Below, piece after piece: positions 29,109-39,742 of a stretch of 64,000 bases of DNA. The stretch's first letter is position 1; each line of letters begins with the position of its first letter. Both the position numbers and the translations under genes were made by a program. Source of the DNA: a virus (taxonomy: Duplodnaviria; Caudoviricetes); the IMG/VR virus record IMGVR_UViG_3300021426_000063, positions 169,104 through 233,103 of that record. The stretch is one strand, 5' to 3'. The notes below the pieces were generated by a model. That model was not told the origin of the DNA. It saw nothing but the letters and a program-made list of their open reading frames with translations, and searched no databases.

Positions 29109-32100
29109 ATGAAAATCAAAAAGGGAGATAAAGTATATCCATTTATAACTGGTGATGATGTTATCATTACAAAGGGAATCAATCATCCTGGAAAGACTGT
29201 TGATGATGCTTTTGAGGAAGTAGATAATACCCTTGATGAACATAAGAGACGTATAGATAGACTTGATAGTAATATGAAGTATCTATATTCTTATGGTGGT
29301 GTAGGTGGTAATGGAACTGGAGGACAAGGAGGTACTACCCCAACAGGTAGTGCATCCTTGTTCGTCTCACTTGGTGGTCACCAGTTACAGAATGGTGGAA
29401 ATGCAATAGTACTTAATGAACCTGGTACTTATGTAGTAGAAGGTAATGTAAGTAATAGTGGTGGTGAGGTGTTCTATGTTACTGTTGGATATGGTAACAA
29501 GATTGATTACCCAGACACATTCAAGTTGAGTACAGAACTCAATAGATGTAGATTCTCCAGTGGTCTTAACTTGAAGAACAATGGTGAGATTGTAATCACA
29601 TTCTATGATTCTGAATATTCAACATTGTCAGTTATCCGTCAGAATTACATTGTTAAACCTCACACATTTGCTGTGAAGTTTATGTATGAGTTTGATAATG
29701 GTAGTGGTATCATCCAGGAGAATGAGTTCAATCCTTATGAATACTTCATTGGTGATTCTACTTATCAGAATCCATTTATTGATTCTACATTTAAGATCGA
29801 TATTCCAAATGTAACCAATGTCTCCCTTACTTATTCAATTGGTGACACTACTGATGGTCAGGGTGTTGAGTCATTTGGTACAGTGACAGATATATCTAAT
29901 AACCATTTCAAGATTCATCTTAATGAACTCCACAGAAATGGTAAGGTCTTCACTGATGAGAGTAACACAGGTACTTATACAGTCAATGTAAAACTGAAGT
30001 ACTATGTTAATGCAGAACTGGTTGAGACAGAAGAATCATTCAAGATAACATTGATTCCAAGTTATCTTTACATCAATGTGAGAAATCCTCAGAACTTGAT
30101 TTATGATACTCTCGAGGAACTCCTCGCTGCAATAGACAATGGTGTTGATGGTATTCCAGAAAGATATGTGAATGCTGGTTCATATACATCATTCTATTGT
30201 AAGATATATGAAGGTCCAATCAAGACTGCAAAGAAGAAATACACATTGAGGTTTAATTCATATGACTTGGTTGATGATGATTCAGATCCCGATACCCCAG
30301 ATGTATTTGTTCTTAATGAAGATATGAAACAGAGTCTTGATGGTGTTGATGAACAGGTTGAGACACCAAGACCAATCACAGTAGCATTTGAGACTCCTGG
30401 TATCAAACAGATTGAGTTCTCCACTCTTGGCCAGAAGACAACAGACCATAGTGATGAAAGACCAGTTGTGAAGTATATCTATGTTAAGGAAGCAAGTAGT
30501 GAAGTATCTTGGTTCCCACAGGATATTGAGCACAATGATTTCTACTTCAGGGCAAATCTTGGTGCAGGAACATATTCAGCTGGTTTCCCAAGATTGTCAT
30601 CTGGTTCATCACCATTGGAGATAAGTGAATCAGACAGACCTATAACTCTTTCAGATGAACAGTGGTCAAATCCATCACAGGGATTTGATACCACCATCTT
30701 GTCATTGGGTATGCAGTACAGTGTGGTTAACAATGATGGCGCAAAGATACTTGAAACCTATTCAAGTGATGGAGGTTATTCACAGGTACCAGATATTGTA
30801 TTATATGCAGACAAGTTGTTCTCTGATAACAACAAGAAGATTTGTATTCCAAAGGAAAGTAACTTTGACAAGTCTGTAAATGAACAGTACCACTTGGTTC
30901 AGATTGTAAGATACAGGGTTGGTTATAACAACCTTAATAAACCACAGTATGCATCATATTTGTATATTGATGGTAAACTTGAATCAAATGAACCAATATT
31001 GAGAGAGAACCAATTACACATTGGTAAGATTGTGTTGAACAATGTAAATGTAATTTACAACTTGATTGAGATTCAGTATGTGAACATAAAGGATCCAAAG
31101 TTTGAAGTAAAGTATACTCTTGATAGTCTTATTTATCAGTACTATCTTGGATATAAAGAGATTATGCATGCTGGTGAAGTATCAGAATCTGAAATGGCAA
31201 TTCTCAAAAACATATCAGAAATGAAATTTGATGGTGAGAATGTTATTGTTCAGAAGTCATTTGTTGATACTGTTGCACCACATATGCCTATTCCTACAAT
31301 GATGATGGAATACACAGGCACTGATGTTGATACCTTCATCAATGATTTGTTCAAGGGTTATCCTAATGGTGATGATAGTTTCCATCAGAAACCTATTTCA
31401 CTTTATTGGTGTGAAGGTTTGAAGCAGGGTATAACCACATCATTGACAGAGATTCATATTCCTAATATCACAGATAGGGAAACAAACATTGAGTACTCTG
31501 GTGACTGGTATGTTGAACTCCAGGGTACATCAACAATGAGAAACAGAATCAAGAACTTCTCACTTGTATTGAATACAAGAAACACAACAGGTGATAAGGT
31601 TATTTTGATGTCTCCAAACTATGATGCCAATGATCCTAACACCTTCCTTCCAGAAAGGATATGGACAATAAAGGCTGATATTGCTGACTCTGCTCATGCT
31701 AACAACACAGCAGTGGGTAAGTTTGTTAACCATACTTGTACTCCTTTCAGTAATGGTTTGACATTCCCTTCAAACATCACTCCTTATATCAAAAACACAC
31801 TTGAAGGTTTCCCTGTTTTGATGTACTTCAAAGTAGGTGAATCAGTGTACTATCTTGGTGTATATAACTTCAATATGGGTCGTAACTCATATTACAACCT
31901 TGGTTACCATACTGCTAATGATATGGTTGATATGATGAACAATATCACAGCAGGTGATGCATCATTCTCTTATTCACTTGGTAATGGTCTTGTTGTTGAT
32001 GACTTGGCCATTGGTGAAGTACAGGATAACTTCGCACAGTTTGACTTCCACCAGTATGATGACTCTGTATTGTTCCAGAGTAATGACAGTTCAATCACCA

Positions 32101-35100
32101 AGATGTTTGGTAAGGACAGTAAGATAACCGGTGCAAACATTGGTGCAGCAAAGAACACATTGAAGAACTTTGTGAAGTCTGTTGCTATTGCCGGTGCATA
32201 TTGTTTTGCTAACATAGGTAAGACACCTATATCAAGTAAATCAGATGAAAATGATGACTGTATCAATAGATATAATGCAGTTAAAGTAGATGGTGAGGAT
32301 CACCAGTTCATAGAGTATGTACCAGACATTAGTTGGCAGTTCAGGTATGCTGGTACCAACAAGGTATGGGAACAGAAGACAGACCTCACCTTTGACACTA
32401 TCAAGGGTAATATGGAAAACCTCTTACAGTGTATCTCTCCTACTGACCTTGAAGGTAATGTGAGGGATGACTATCATTTCCTTGATTTCACATCTGTTTC
32501 AGAGTATTATACAATTTGTATGGCATTTGGTCTTGTTGACTCAATCTTGAAGAATATGAACATCAAGTCATGGAATGGTAAGAAGTGTTATGTTGCTTTC
32601 TATGATATGGACTGTGCCCTTGGTGAGAACAATGCTGGTGGTGAGGATGTATCATACCTTGCAGCAACTGACTTCTGGCATTCAAATACAAGTAGAGGTT
32701 ATGTTGAACCAGTTGATATTAACTATGACTACTGGGATGAATCAGTTGGTAAGGGATTTGACTTCTCATCAAGTTATCTCTTTGCTATTGCCAAGTATGC
32801 CCAGGCTATCATAAGTAAGAGTGACAGTGGTTTGATATTGAACAACTATCCTCAACAGTTCTGGGCAAAACTACGTCTTGCTGATGGTGAGTTGAGAAAT
32901 GCAAAATATTTTGTTGATAATTATTTTTCATCAGGTATTGGTAAGGTTCCAGCATATCTTGCATCATTGAACTATCAGGTTAAGTATCTTTATAAGGGTA
33001 CTATCCTTGATGATGAGACTGGTCTTCCAACAGAAGAGAGATTCCTTGCTAATGAATCAGCATTCAATGGTACTCGTATTGAGAAGGTAAAGGATTGGTT
33101 GAACAAGAGACTTCACTTCTTGGATGTGATGTTCAATGTACAGGGTGTTGGTATTAATATTGGTGGTGGTTACACCATTCCAATGGCAGATAGTAATACA
33201 TTGAGTAACCTTGCAAGTAATACAGATATTGTTGTATTGTCAGATGCATTCTCAACTCCAAATGCAAAGAGTGCTCTTATGAGTAGTAATGCTCTTCCTG
33301 TTGATGTATATGCACCAATGAATACTCCTTTCATTATCAATAGGGGTAGTTCTAATGAAATATTCCTTCTTTGTGCAGGAACAGATGAACCAAATCCTAT
33401 CAGGATTACCGCAACTAGGTCAGAATCTTATAGATTCCTTGGTTCAAAAGAGTTCACTAATGTAAGTATGGTTGAACCATTCCTTACATCTGCTACTCAG
33501 ATTATTTCTAATAACATTGAGGAGATTAAATATGGTGGTAGGGATGTACCAAGTTATGACCTTGACTTGAAGATATTCTCAACATCTGTTAAGAGTGTTA
33601 AACTTGATATACCTACATTCACAGGTTCATTGACTATTGATAATACTAATCTTAATGGTCAGGCTATCCACACATTGAATGTATCTAACTCTGGTCTTAT
33701 TGGTTCTTGGACTAGTTTGAAGAATCTTAAATCAGTTAACATATCATCTGTTGTAAATGCTAATGGTACAATAACAGTATCTAACTGTCCTATCATTGGT
33801 GACCAGTGTTCTATCTCTGGTACAGAAGATAAACCTACCACATTGCAGTCATTGATTATGACAGGTGTATCTGGTAACTTCAATATCAGTAACACAAAGA
33901 TTCAGTCAATCCAGTTTGATGCCGCTGATGGTAGTGATTCATCATTTGAAATCAATGGTGATACATTGTTGAGGACTCTTAACTTGTCTGGTTTCAAGAA
34001 AATCAAGATAACAGGTTGTCCTAACATTGAGAATCTTGTCATTTCAGATATCAATAATGTATGTGAAGAGATTATTATCAGTATACCTGAATACACCAAT
34101 GCAGATGGTTCTGCACAGAGAGAATTGAAGAAGTTCAATTCAGACAGAGATGGTGTATTTGATTTCACTTCATATGCTAGTTTGAAGACCTTGGGTATAT
34201 CTGGATGTAATCAGGCAGTGGTTATCAAGATGCCTGACCATAAGGTATCAATTGAGACACTTGCTAATAATAAGAATCTTGAATTTATTGATACTATTGG
34301 TAAGAATTCTGTTATTGAAATTACCAAAGATAGTACTTTCTATAATTCTTCAAGATATGCAATGAAGCAGAGTTGGTGTACTGCTGGTGATGGTGATGAC
34401 AATAATAAAGACATTACAACATTGACAGGAAATTATAGTTATAGTAAACTCAAGAATACAAAGATGTGTATTGGTGAGGGTTGTGTTACACTTGCTCATA
34501 CATTTGATAAACTTGATTCTGGAATTGTATCTAATTATAATTCAACAAAATATACTAATGAGTGGGGTCAAAAGGTTAACAATGGAGAAATCCGTGTTGC
34601 TGAATGTGCCTGGTTCATCAATGATGTTGTTGGTGGTCAGAAACTTGATGATGCCTGGATTGATAGTTCAAACATCATCCATGATACTCCAAACACAAGA
34701 GTAAAGATTGGTGAAGACAGAAGAGGACAGATTGTATCTTTGGCAGGTTGCTTCTATAAGCAGAAGGGTATTGTAATTGGTACTGGTTCAAATATAACCT
34801 TCCCAGTTTTGAGACAGTATACTTCATTGAAAGATATATCATTTATGTATTATGGTACAAGTGTAACTTATCTTTCACCTGGATTGTTGGATCTTCCTGA
34901 TTCAAAAAACAACAATGATGATGAGAATGCATTGTCTTGGGTTGAGTTCATTCAGAGTGGTGAATGGAGGATTGCACAGGATGCATTCAAACACATCTCT
35001 TACCGTATATCTGAATTCACATCAATGAGTCTTACAGTATATGATCCAACTGACCATAGTACTATCCTTAATTCAGATGATGAACTTGTTGATAGACTTG

Positions 35101-37478
35101 ATGCAAGGTCTATATTGTGTCCACATACTGACCCAGAAACAGGTGAGTATATACCTTTCACAAGGATAAAGACATTCAACTCATTCTCAATAAATCCAGT
35201 ACAGTGGGTAGATTATACTCATTTCATTGAGATATGTCCTAATGTTGTTTCCTTGATTGGTTTCTTGAGTACTGATTTGTCAAGGGCAAAGATTGATGGT
35301 ATGTTGAAGACTTGTACAAAACTTGAAATTGTATCAGATTCATTTAACCATTCAGGTATTGTTGAAGAATTGGATTCAATTGATTTGTATGATTTCTTCA
35401 ACTGGAGTGATGGAACTGACTATCCTTTGAAGAACATTCGTAGGTTGTTTGATTCAACTGCAACATCTTCTGTTGGTTTCTCTATAAAGAAACACATCAG
35501 TCAGGAACACTTTGCAGAGATTATTGAATCACTTCACAACTATAAGAATATCACAAAGTTGTCAAACATATTCAGTTATTGTACAATTACTAATTACAAT
35601 CCTGATTATGAGATTAAACTTGAAGGTGATATGAACAATATCATCAGTTTGAGTGGATTATTCTATCGTTGTGATACTGGTAATAAACAGCCATTGAAGA
35701 TAAGACGTTCATTCTTTGAACATCTCAAGAATGTGACATCAGTTGCAAATACATTTGGTGGTGTACACTTTGACCATATGTTGTCATATGATTTCTTCTG
35801 TAAGAGATCAAATGTTGTTGAAGATGTATATGTAAAGATTAATGACAGTTATTTACCTGCCAAGTTGTACACAACTGGTTATGGTCAGAATGTTCTCAAT
35901 GATATGCTCTGCTGCTTTGAGGGAAGTGTATTTGAGAATTGTAAGTCTTGGTTTGATGTCAATGATGGTAATGCTGAATTGATACCAGCAGATGACAGGG
36001 TTGTATATAATGATACTGAATACCAGACATACTATAAGAAAGAAGGAGGTAAGTATATTGAGTATACAGTAAAGAGACCAGATGAGTACATAGATACACT
36101 AAATAACTTCACACATTATGTTGATAGTATTAAGATTGTTGCAACAGAATGTATAATTGATAATCACAACATAGAGGCTGATTTGAACTTGTATGGTACT
36201 ATCCAGGCTGCTGGTAGACCATTTACAACCAATGATTATAATCTCTATCCAACATACTGTTGTTTGCCACCAGACATCTTCTATGGATGTAGAAATGACT
36301 GTCAGCTTGTGAATGTGTTCTCCAACTCAAACATCATTGGTGTTATACCTCAACACCTTTTGAAGAACTGTTATAACAGTAAGTTGAACAATATGTTCCA
36401 GAATGTAAACATCCTTCCTAACTTGATTTATCATTATAATAAAGATTTTGATAATGATCCAGGTTATCTTGAATTCATTAGTGGAATTGAAGTTGATAAT
36501 GATAGTATCAATGTACACAAGAATGAGGATGATACAACAGAATATGTACTTGCAGAAGGAAATGAAACAGTATTGTTCAGGAACAGTGATGGTGAATTGA
36601 GGAAGAGGAAACCAATTGTTGACAATGAGTACAGTAAGAGTCAATATGTATATGTACCACAGGGTTATACAACAAATACTAACCTTAAAGAAGCATTCAC
36701 ATTTAGATACAATCTTCCTGACCAGATAAATCTCTATGAGTCAGAATTGCAGGCAAAGGGTATCACTTGGGCTGCTGGTTCATATGGTACAGATTATTCT
36801 CCTGAAATCAGACCAGAGTTATGGCCTTACCATACACAGTACTTCTTTACAGTTGATGAGAGTATTGATTGGAAGAGAATCTACAATATGAGTTCTCCAT
36901 TCATTGCTGATGGACAGGATATTGATTATGAGACAGGTCAAGTCCGTGTGTTCTCATCATCAGATAGAAACTATCATAACAGATGGTGGAAAGACTTCCC
37001 TTCAATTCCTGTTGACAGATCAGAATGGCACATTAAGACCAATGGTTTGTTAAATGTCTTCTTGAACCTTTGTGGTGAGAGAGATACCAGAACAGGAAAA
37101 CTTACTGATTGTGGTTGTCTTGTAAGTAATGCAATGAACAATTATCCACAATTTGATTCGTTTGTTTCAGGATCATTGGTTACCTTCTTGAATGGTAGAA
37201 TGTTCAATGATGGTATGGATGGTGGTAGATTCACCCAGATTAATGGTTCAAGTATTATTAGGTATCCTGGATTCAGTAGGAACATCATACTTCCTTCAAT
37301 CCAATACATACCATCTGGAAATACCAGTAATGCACCAAAGGTATTGCTTTCATATGTTTCTGATATTTCTATATTCTATGACTATATGTTTATTGATAAT
37401 ACATCTATGAATAACTATTCAAGCATATTTGGTTTGGGTAGAAACATAACATCAGTACTGAAATACAAAGTCATCTAA
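29109..37478 (+). CDS. Giant protein with LamG-like, CotH-like kinase and LRR/BspA-like regions (2789 aa)
   Basis: ELQGTSTM, WTIKADIADSAHANN, GFPVLMY, YLGVYNFN, DSILKNM, FYDMDCALG; LRR-like LxxLxIxGC segments and xxMFxxC-type repeats in the C-terminal half. Confidence 0.7.
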   Translation: MKIKKGDKVYPFITGDDVIITKGINHPGKTVDDAFEEVDNTLDEHKRRIDRLDSNMKYLYSYGGVGGNGTGGQGGTTPTGSASLFVSLGGHQLQNGGNAIVLNEPGTYVVEGNVSNSGGEVFYVTVGYGNKIDYPDTFKLSTELNRCRFSSGLNLKNNGEIVITFYDSEYSTLSVIRQNYIVKPHTFAVKFMYEFDNGSGIIQENEFNPYEYFIGDSTYQNPFIDSTFKIDIPNVTNVSLTYSIGDTTDGQGVESFGTVTDISNNHFKIHLNELHRNGKVFTDESNTGTYTVNVKLKYYVNAELVETEESFKITLIPSYLYINVRNPQNLIYDTLEELLAAIDNGVDGIPERYVNAGSYTSFYCKIYEGPIKTAKKKYTLRFNSYDLVDDDSDPDTPDVFVLNEDMKQSLDGVDEQVETPRPITVAFETPGIKQIEFSTLGQKTTDHSDERPVVKYIYVKEASSEVSWFPQDIEHNDFYFRANLGAGTYSAGFPRLSSGSSPLEISESDRPITLSDEQWSNPSQGFDTTILSLGMQYSVVNNDGAKILETYSSDGGYSQVPDIVLYADKLFSDNNKKICIPKESNFDKSVNEQYHLVQIVRYRVGYNNLNKPQYASYLYIDGKLESNEPILRENQLHIGKIVLNNVNVIYNLIEIQYVNIKDPKFEVKYTLDSLIYQYYLGYKEIMHAGEVSESEMAILKNISEMKFDGENVIVQKSFVDTVAPHMPIPTMMMEYTGTDVDTFINDLFKGYPNGDDSFHQKPISLYWCEGLKQGITTSLTEIHIPNITDRETNIEYSGDWYVELQGTSTMRNRIKNFSLVLNTRNTTGDKVILMSPNYDANDPNTFLPERIWTIKADIADSAHANNTAVGKFVNHTCTPFSNGLTFPSNITPYIKNTLEGFPVLMYFKVGESVYYLGVYNFNMGRNSYYNLGYHTANDMVDMMNNITAGDASFSYSLGNGLVVDDLAIGEVQDNFAQFDFHQYDDSVLFQSNDSSITKMFGKDSKITGANIGAAKNTLKNFVKSVAIAGAYCFANIGKTPISSKSDENDDCINRYNAVKVDGEDHQFIEYVPDISWQFRYAGTNKVWEQKTDLTFDTIKGNMENLLQCISPTDLEGNVRDDYHFLDFTSVSEYYTICMAFGLVDSILKNMNIKSWNGKKCYVAFYDMDCALGENNAGGEDVSYLAATDFWHSNTSRGYVEPVDINYDYWDESVGKGFDFSSSYLFAIAKYAQAIISKSDSGLILNNYPQQFWAKLRLADGELRNAKYFVDNYFSSGIGKVPAYLASLNYQVKYLYKGTILDDETGLPTEERFLANESAFNGTRIEKVKDWLNKRLHFLDVMFNVQGVGINIGGGYTIPMADSNTLSNLASNTDIVVLSDAFSTPNAKSALMSSNALPVDVYAPMNTPFIINRGSSNEIFLLCAGTDEPNPIRITATRSESYRFLGSKEFTNVSMVEPFLTSATQIISNNIEEIKYGGRDVPSYDLDLKIFSTSVKSVKLDIPTFTGSLTIDNTNLNGQAIHTLNVSNSGLIGSWTSLKNLKSVNISSVVNANGTITVSNCPIIGDQCSISGTEDKPTTLQSLIMTGVSGNFNISNTKIQSIQFDAADGSDSSFEINGDTLLRTLNLSGFKKIKITGCPNIENLVISDINNVCEEIIISIPEYTNADGSAQRELKKFNSDRDGVFDFTSYASLKTLGISGCNQAVVIKMPDHKVSIETLANNKNLEFIDTIGKNSVIEITKDSTFYNSSRYAMKQSWCTAGDGDDNNKDITTLTGNYSYSKLKNTKMCIGEGCVTLAHTFDKLDSGIVSNYNSTKYTNEWGQKVNNGEIRVAECAWFINDVVGGQKLDDAWIDSSNIIHDTPNTRVKIGEDRRGQIVSLAGCFYKQKGIVIGTGSNITFPVLRQYTSLKDISFMYYGTSVTYLSPGLLDLPDSKNNNDDENALSWVEFIQSGEWRIAQDAFKHISYRISEFTSMSLTVYDPTDHSTILNSDDELVDRLDARSILCPHTDPETGEYIPFTRIKTFNSFSINPVQWVDYTHFIEICPNVVSLIGFLSTDLSRAKIDGMLKTCTKLEIVSDSFNHSGIVEELDSIDLYDFFNWSDGTDYPLKNIRRLFDSTATSSVGFSIKKHISQEHFAEIIESLHNYKNITKLSNIFSYCTITNYNPDYEIKLEGDMNNIISLSGLFYRCDTGNKQPLKIRRSFFEHLKNVTSVANTFGGVHFDHMLSYDFFCKRSNVVEDVYVKINDSYLPAKLYTTGYGQNVLNDMLCCFEGSVFENCKSWFDVNDGNAELIPADDRVVYNDTEYQTYYKKEGGKYIEYTVKRPDEYIDTLNNFTHYVDSIKIVATECIIDNHNIEADLNLYGTIQAAGRPFTTNDYNLYPTYCCLPPDIFYGCRNDCQLVNVFSNSNIIGVIPQHLLKNCYNSKLNNMFQNVNILPNLIYHYNKDFDNDPGYLEFISGIEVDNDSINVHKNEDDTTEYVLAEGNETVLFRNSDGELRKRKPIVDNEYSKSQYVYVPQGYTTNTNLKEAFTFRYNLPDQINLYESELQAKGITWAAGSYGTDYSPEIRPELWPYHTQYFFTVDESIDWKRIYNMSSPFIADGQDIDYETGQVRVFSSSDRNYHNRWWKDFPSIPVDRSEWHIKTNGLLNVFLNLCGERDTRTGKLTDCGCLVSNAMNNYPQFDSFVSGSLVTFLNGRMFNDGMDGGRFTQINGSSIIRYPGFSRNIILPSIQYIPSGNTSNAPKVLLSYVSDISIFYDYMFIDNTSMNNYSSIFGLGRNITSVLKYKVI

Positions 37479-37481
37479 TAG

Positions 37482-37512
37482 AAAAACCCAGGAGTAAATC
37501 TCCTGGGTTTTT
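37482..37512. terminator. Bidirectional terminator
   Basis: AAAAACCCAGGAG-taaat-CTCCTGGGTTTTT between convergent genes. Confidence 0.85.
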
Positions 37513-39005
37513 TACATTTTCAGTTTCTTCACCTCATAAGGGAATCCCTGACTCTCATAAATCTTTATTCTCTCCCTGGCATGTGCCATCTCATAACAAC
37601 CGGAATATAAATCATCAGAGATGTCATAGATGTTCACAAAGTCCTTGTTGATGTTCTCATTCTTTCTGAGACCTCGACCAATACTCTGGAGAACAGTGGA
37701 GATGGATTTGTAACTACTTACAAAGAAGATGTTGAATATCTTGTCAATACTGATACCTGTTGATGATGTACCAAAGGAAGCAACCAGAATCACATCATCC
37801 TTTATTTCCATCCTCTTTCTTATCTCCTCACGGACTTTCTTGTCAATCTGTCCATCAATATAATATACCATCTTTGTGGTATTTTCTTTCATCCACTTGA
37901 ATACCTTCTTACCATAGTCAATATCCTTGAAGAGAACCATTGTGTTCTGTTTGGTGTTGGCGATCAGTTTCGTAATGATATAGAATCTCCTTTCACTCTC
38001 ATTCACAAACTTGTTTTCAAGTTGGAACATATCTTTACCCTTACCTGCTTTCACCAGGTTCTTCTTTGCACCCTTGAATGCTTCTTTCTGTTTATCAGAG
38101 GTGTAATCAAGTCTGACCTGTGTTATTTTACAGTTGGAGATGAACCCTTCCTCCTGGAGTTGCTTGGCCTTGATATCAACCATTATCGGTCCGAAGTTTG
38201 AGATGAGTGTAAGACCATCAGCATACTTGGTTCCTGGAATTGTACCAGATAGTCCAATTCTGTAAGGAAACTTACACATATCCATAATCTTTATCTGTGA
38301 AGCAGAACAGGCAAGGTGTACCTCATCAGTGAGAACCACATCAAACTGTTTAAAGAAGGTTGCACATTCTTTACAGAGAGACTGGTATGTACCTATATAG
38401 ATATTGGCATCAGGTGTTGCTTTACATCCAGAGAATATCTGTTGTATCTTGATATCCAGTTTACCATTGTTGTATTCAGTGAAGTCTGCTGTTGGTTGGA
38501 GTACTAAATCAACCTTTGGAACGACCATCATTATCTTCTTCACATTTCTATGAGTGAGTAACCAGGCAAACATCATAAAGGCAATGAATGTCTTACCAGC
38601 AGAGGTTGCCAACTGTAACATACATCTCCTGTATTTCAATCCCTTGTATGCTGAATCAATCTGATAGTATCTTGGTTTCTTCTTTGCATCCTTGAAGAAG
38701 TCATCACACCATTCCTTGAACTCATCATAATCAATGTCATTGTCAAAGAGAGTATCCAGTCCTTCAATTTCACAAGAGAATCCAAACTGTTCGCAGACAC
38801 TAAACAGATAGTTATATGAAGTTGCCGGGAGATACTTACCCCTCATAAAGTTTATCTTACCATCCCAGCTTCCTGCTTTATATTGTGGAGAGAACCTTGC
38901 ATTTTTCACATCCTTATTAAAGGAGATGCACAACTGGTCATACTCCAGCTGTGTGCATTCATCTATAACAAGGTACTCTTTTGTATCGTCTATATGTAAT
39001 TTCAT
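37512..39005 (-). CDS. uvsW: UvsW-like SF2 DNA helicase
   Basis: WDGKINF, PRYYQ, LATSAGKT, TYQS, DEVH, GLSGT, STGISI, QSIGRGLR; ATG 39005 follows the promoter at 39023. Confidence 0.9.
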   Translation of the reverse strand: MKLHIDDTKEYLVIDECTQLEYDQLCISFNKDVKNARFSPQYKAGSWDGKINFMRGKYLPATSYNYLFSVCEQFGFSCEIEGLDTLFDNDIDYDEFKEWCDDFFKDAKKKPRYYQIDSAYKGLKYRRCMLQLATSAGKTFIAFMMFAWLLTHRNVKKIMMVVPKVDLVLQPTADFTEYNNGKLDIKIQQIFSGCKATPDANIYIGTYQSLCKECATFFKQFDVVLTDEVHLACSASQIKIMDMCKFPYRIGLSGTIPGTKYADGLTLISNFGPIMVDIKAKQLQEEGFISNCKITQVRLDYTSDKQKEAFKGAKKNLVKAGKGKDMFQLENKFVNESERRFYIITKLIANTKQNTMVLFKDIDYGKKVFKWMKENTTKMVYYIDGQIDKKVREEIRKRMEIKDDVILVASFGTSSTGISIDKIFNIFFVSSYKSISTVLQSIGRGLRKNENINKDFVNIYDISDDLYSGCYEMAHARERIKIYESQGFPYEVKKLKM

Positions 39006-39068
39006 AGTAAAATCCTTATAATTAAATATAACAAAAGTCATAAATATACTATATATTTATAGAAATTT

Positions 39069-39719
39069 ATGGCAGTAAGTTCTATTGATTTTAATAAGGT
39101 TATTACTTATTCATTAAGTCATTGTTTCCAAAAATCCAAATCAAAATGTGCTGAATATGTAAAGAGGGCATTTGAAGTTGGAGGATGTAAATATATTATG
39201 GGTAATGGTTGGAGTAATCAGAGATGGTGTAAGGAGAATGGATTCCAATTGATAGGAGATTTTGTTCCAGAAGATTATCAACCAAGGGCACACAATGGAA
39301 AACCAATACAGTTTCCTACTGGGTATAAGCAACAGGCTGGTGATGTGTGTTTGATTGACCATGGCACATATGGTCATATCTGTTATGCAATGAGTGATGA
39401 TATTGATTCCTGGGTATCTGATTACTTCCAGAAGTATCCAGGACAACAGACTGGTACAGGTCCATATTGTTATGGTGAAGGAAATGTGAGGAGAGTTCAG
39501 TTCTGGAGACATTCATCTGTTCTTAATGGTGCCCCGGTTATTAATGTACCAACAACACCAAACACATATCCAATAAATGAATATGCAAAAAGTAGGAACA
39601 GTGGTTATAGTGGTTCATCATCAACAGAACCTCTTACAGTTAATGAACTTTCAAGTATGAATGATGATGAAAGAACAAATATGGGTATTACACTTGGATA
39701 CAATATGAGACAAAGATAA
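39069..39719 (+). CDS. CHAP/NlpC-P60-like peptidoglycan hydrolase
   Basis: CAEYVKRAF (catalytic Cys), GDVCLI...YGHIC (His), WVSDYFQ. Confidence 0.65.
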   Translation: MAVSSIDFNKVITYSLSHCFQKSKSKCAEYVKRAFEVGGCKYIMGNGWSNQRWCKENGFQLIGDFVPEDYQPRAHNGKPIQFPTGYKQQAGDVCLIDHGTYGHICYAMSDDIDSWVSDYFQKYPGQQTGTGPYCYGEGNVRRVQFWRHSSVLNGAPVINVPTTPNTYPINEYAKSRNSGYSGSSSTEPLTVNELSSMNDDERTNMGITLGYNMRQR

Positions 39720-39742
39720 AGGAGATCAAGCAGATCTCCTTT
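39718..39742. terminator. Bidirectional terminator
   Basis: AAAGGAGATC-aagca-GATCTCCTTT. Confidence 0.7.
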
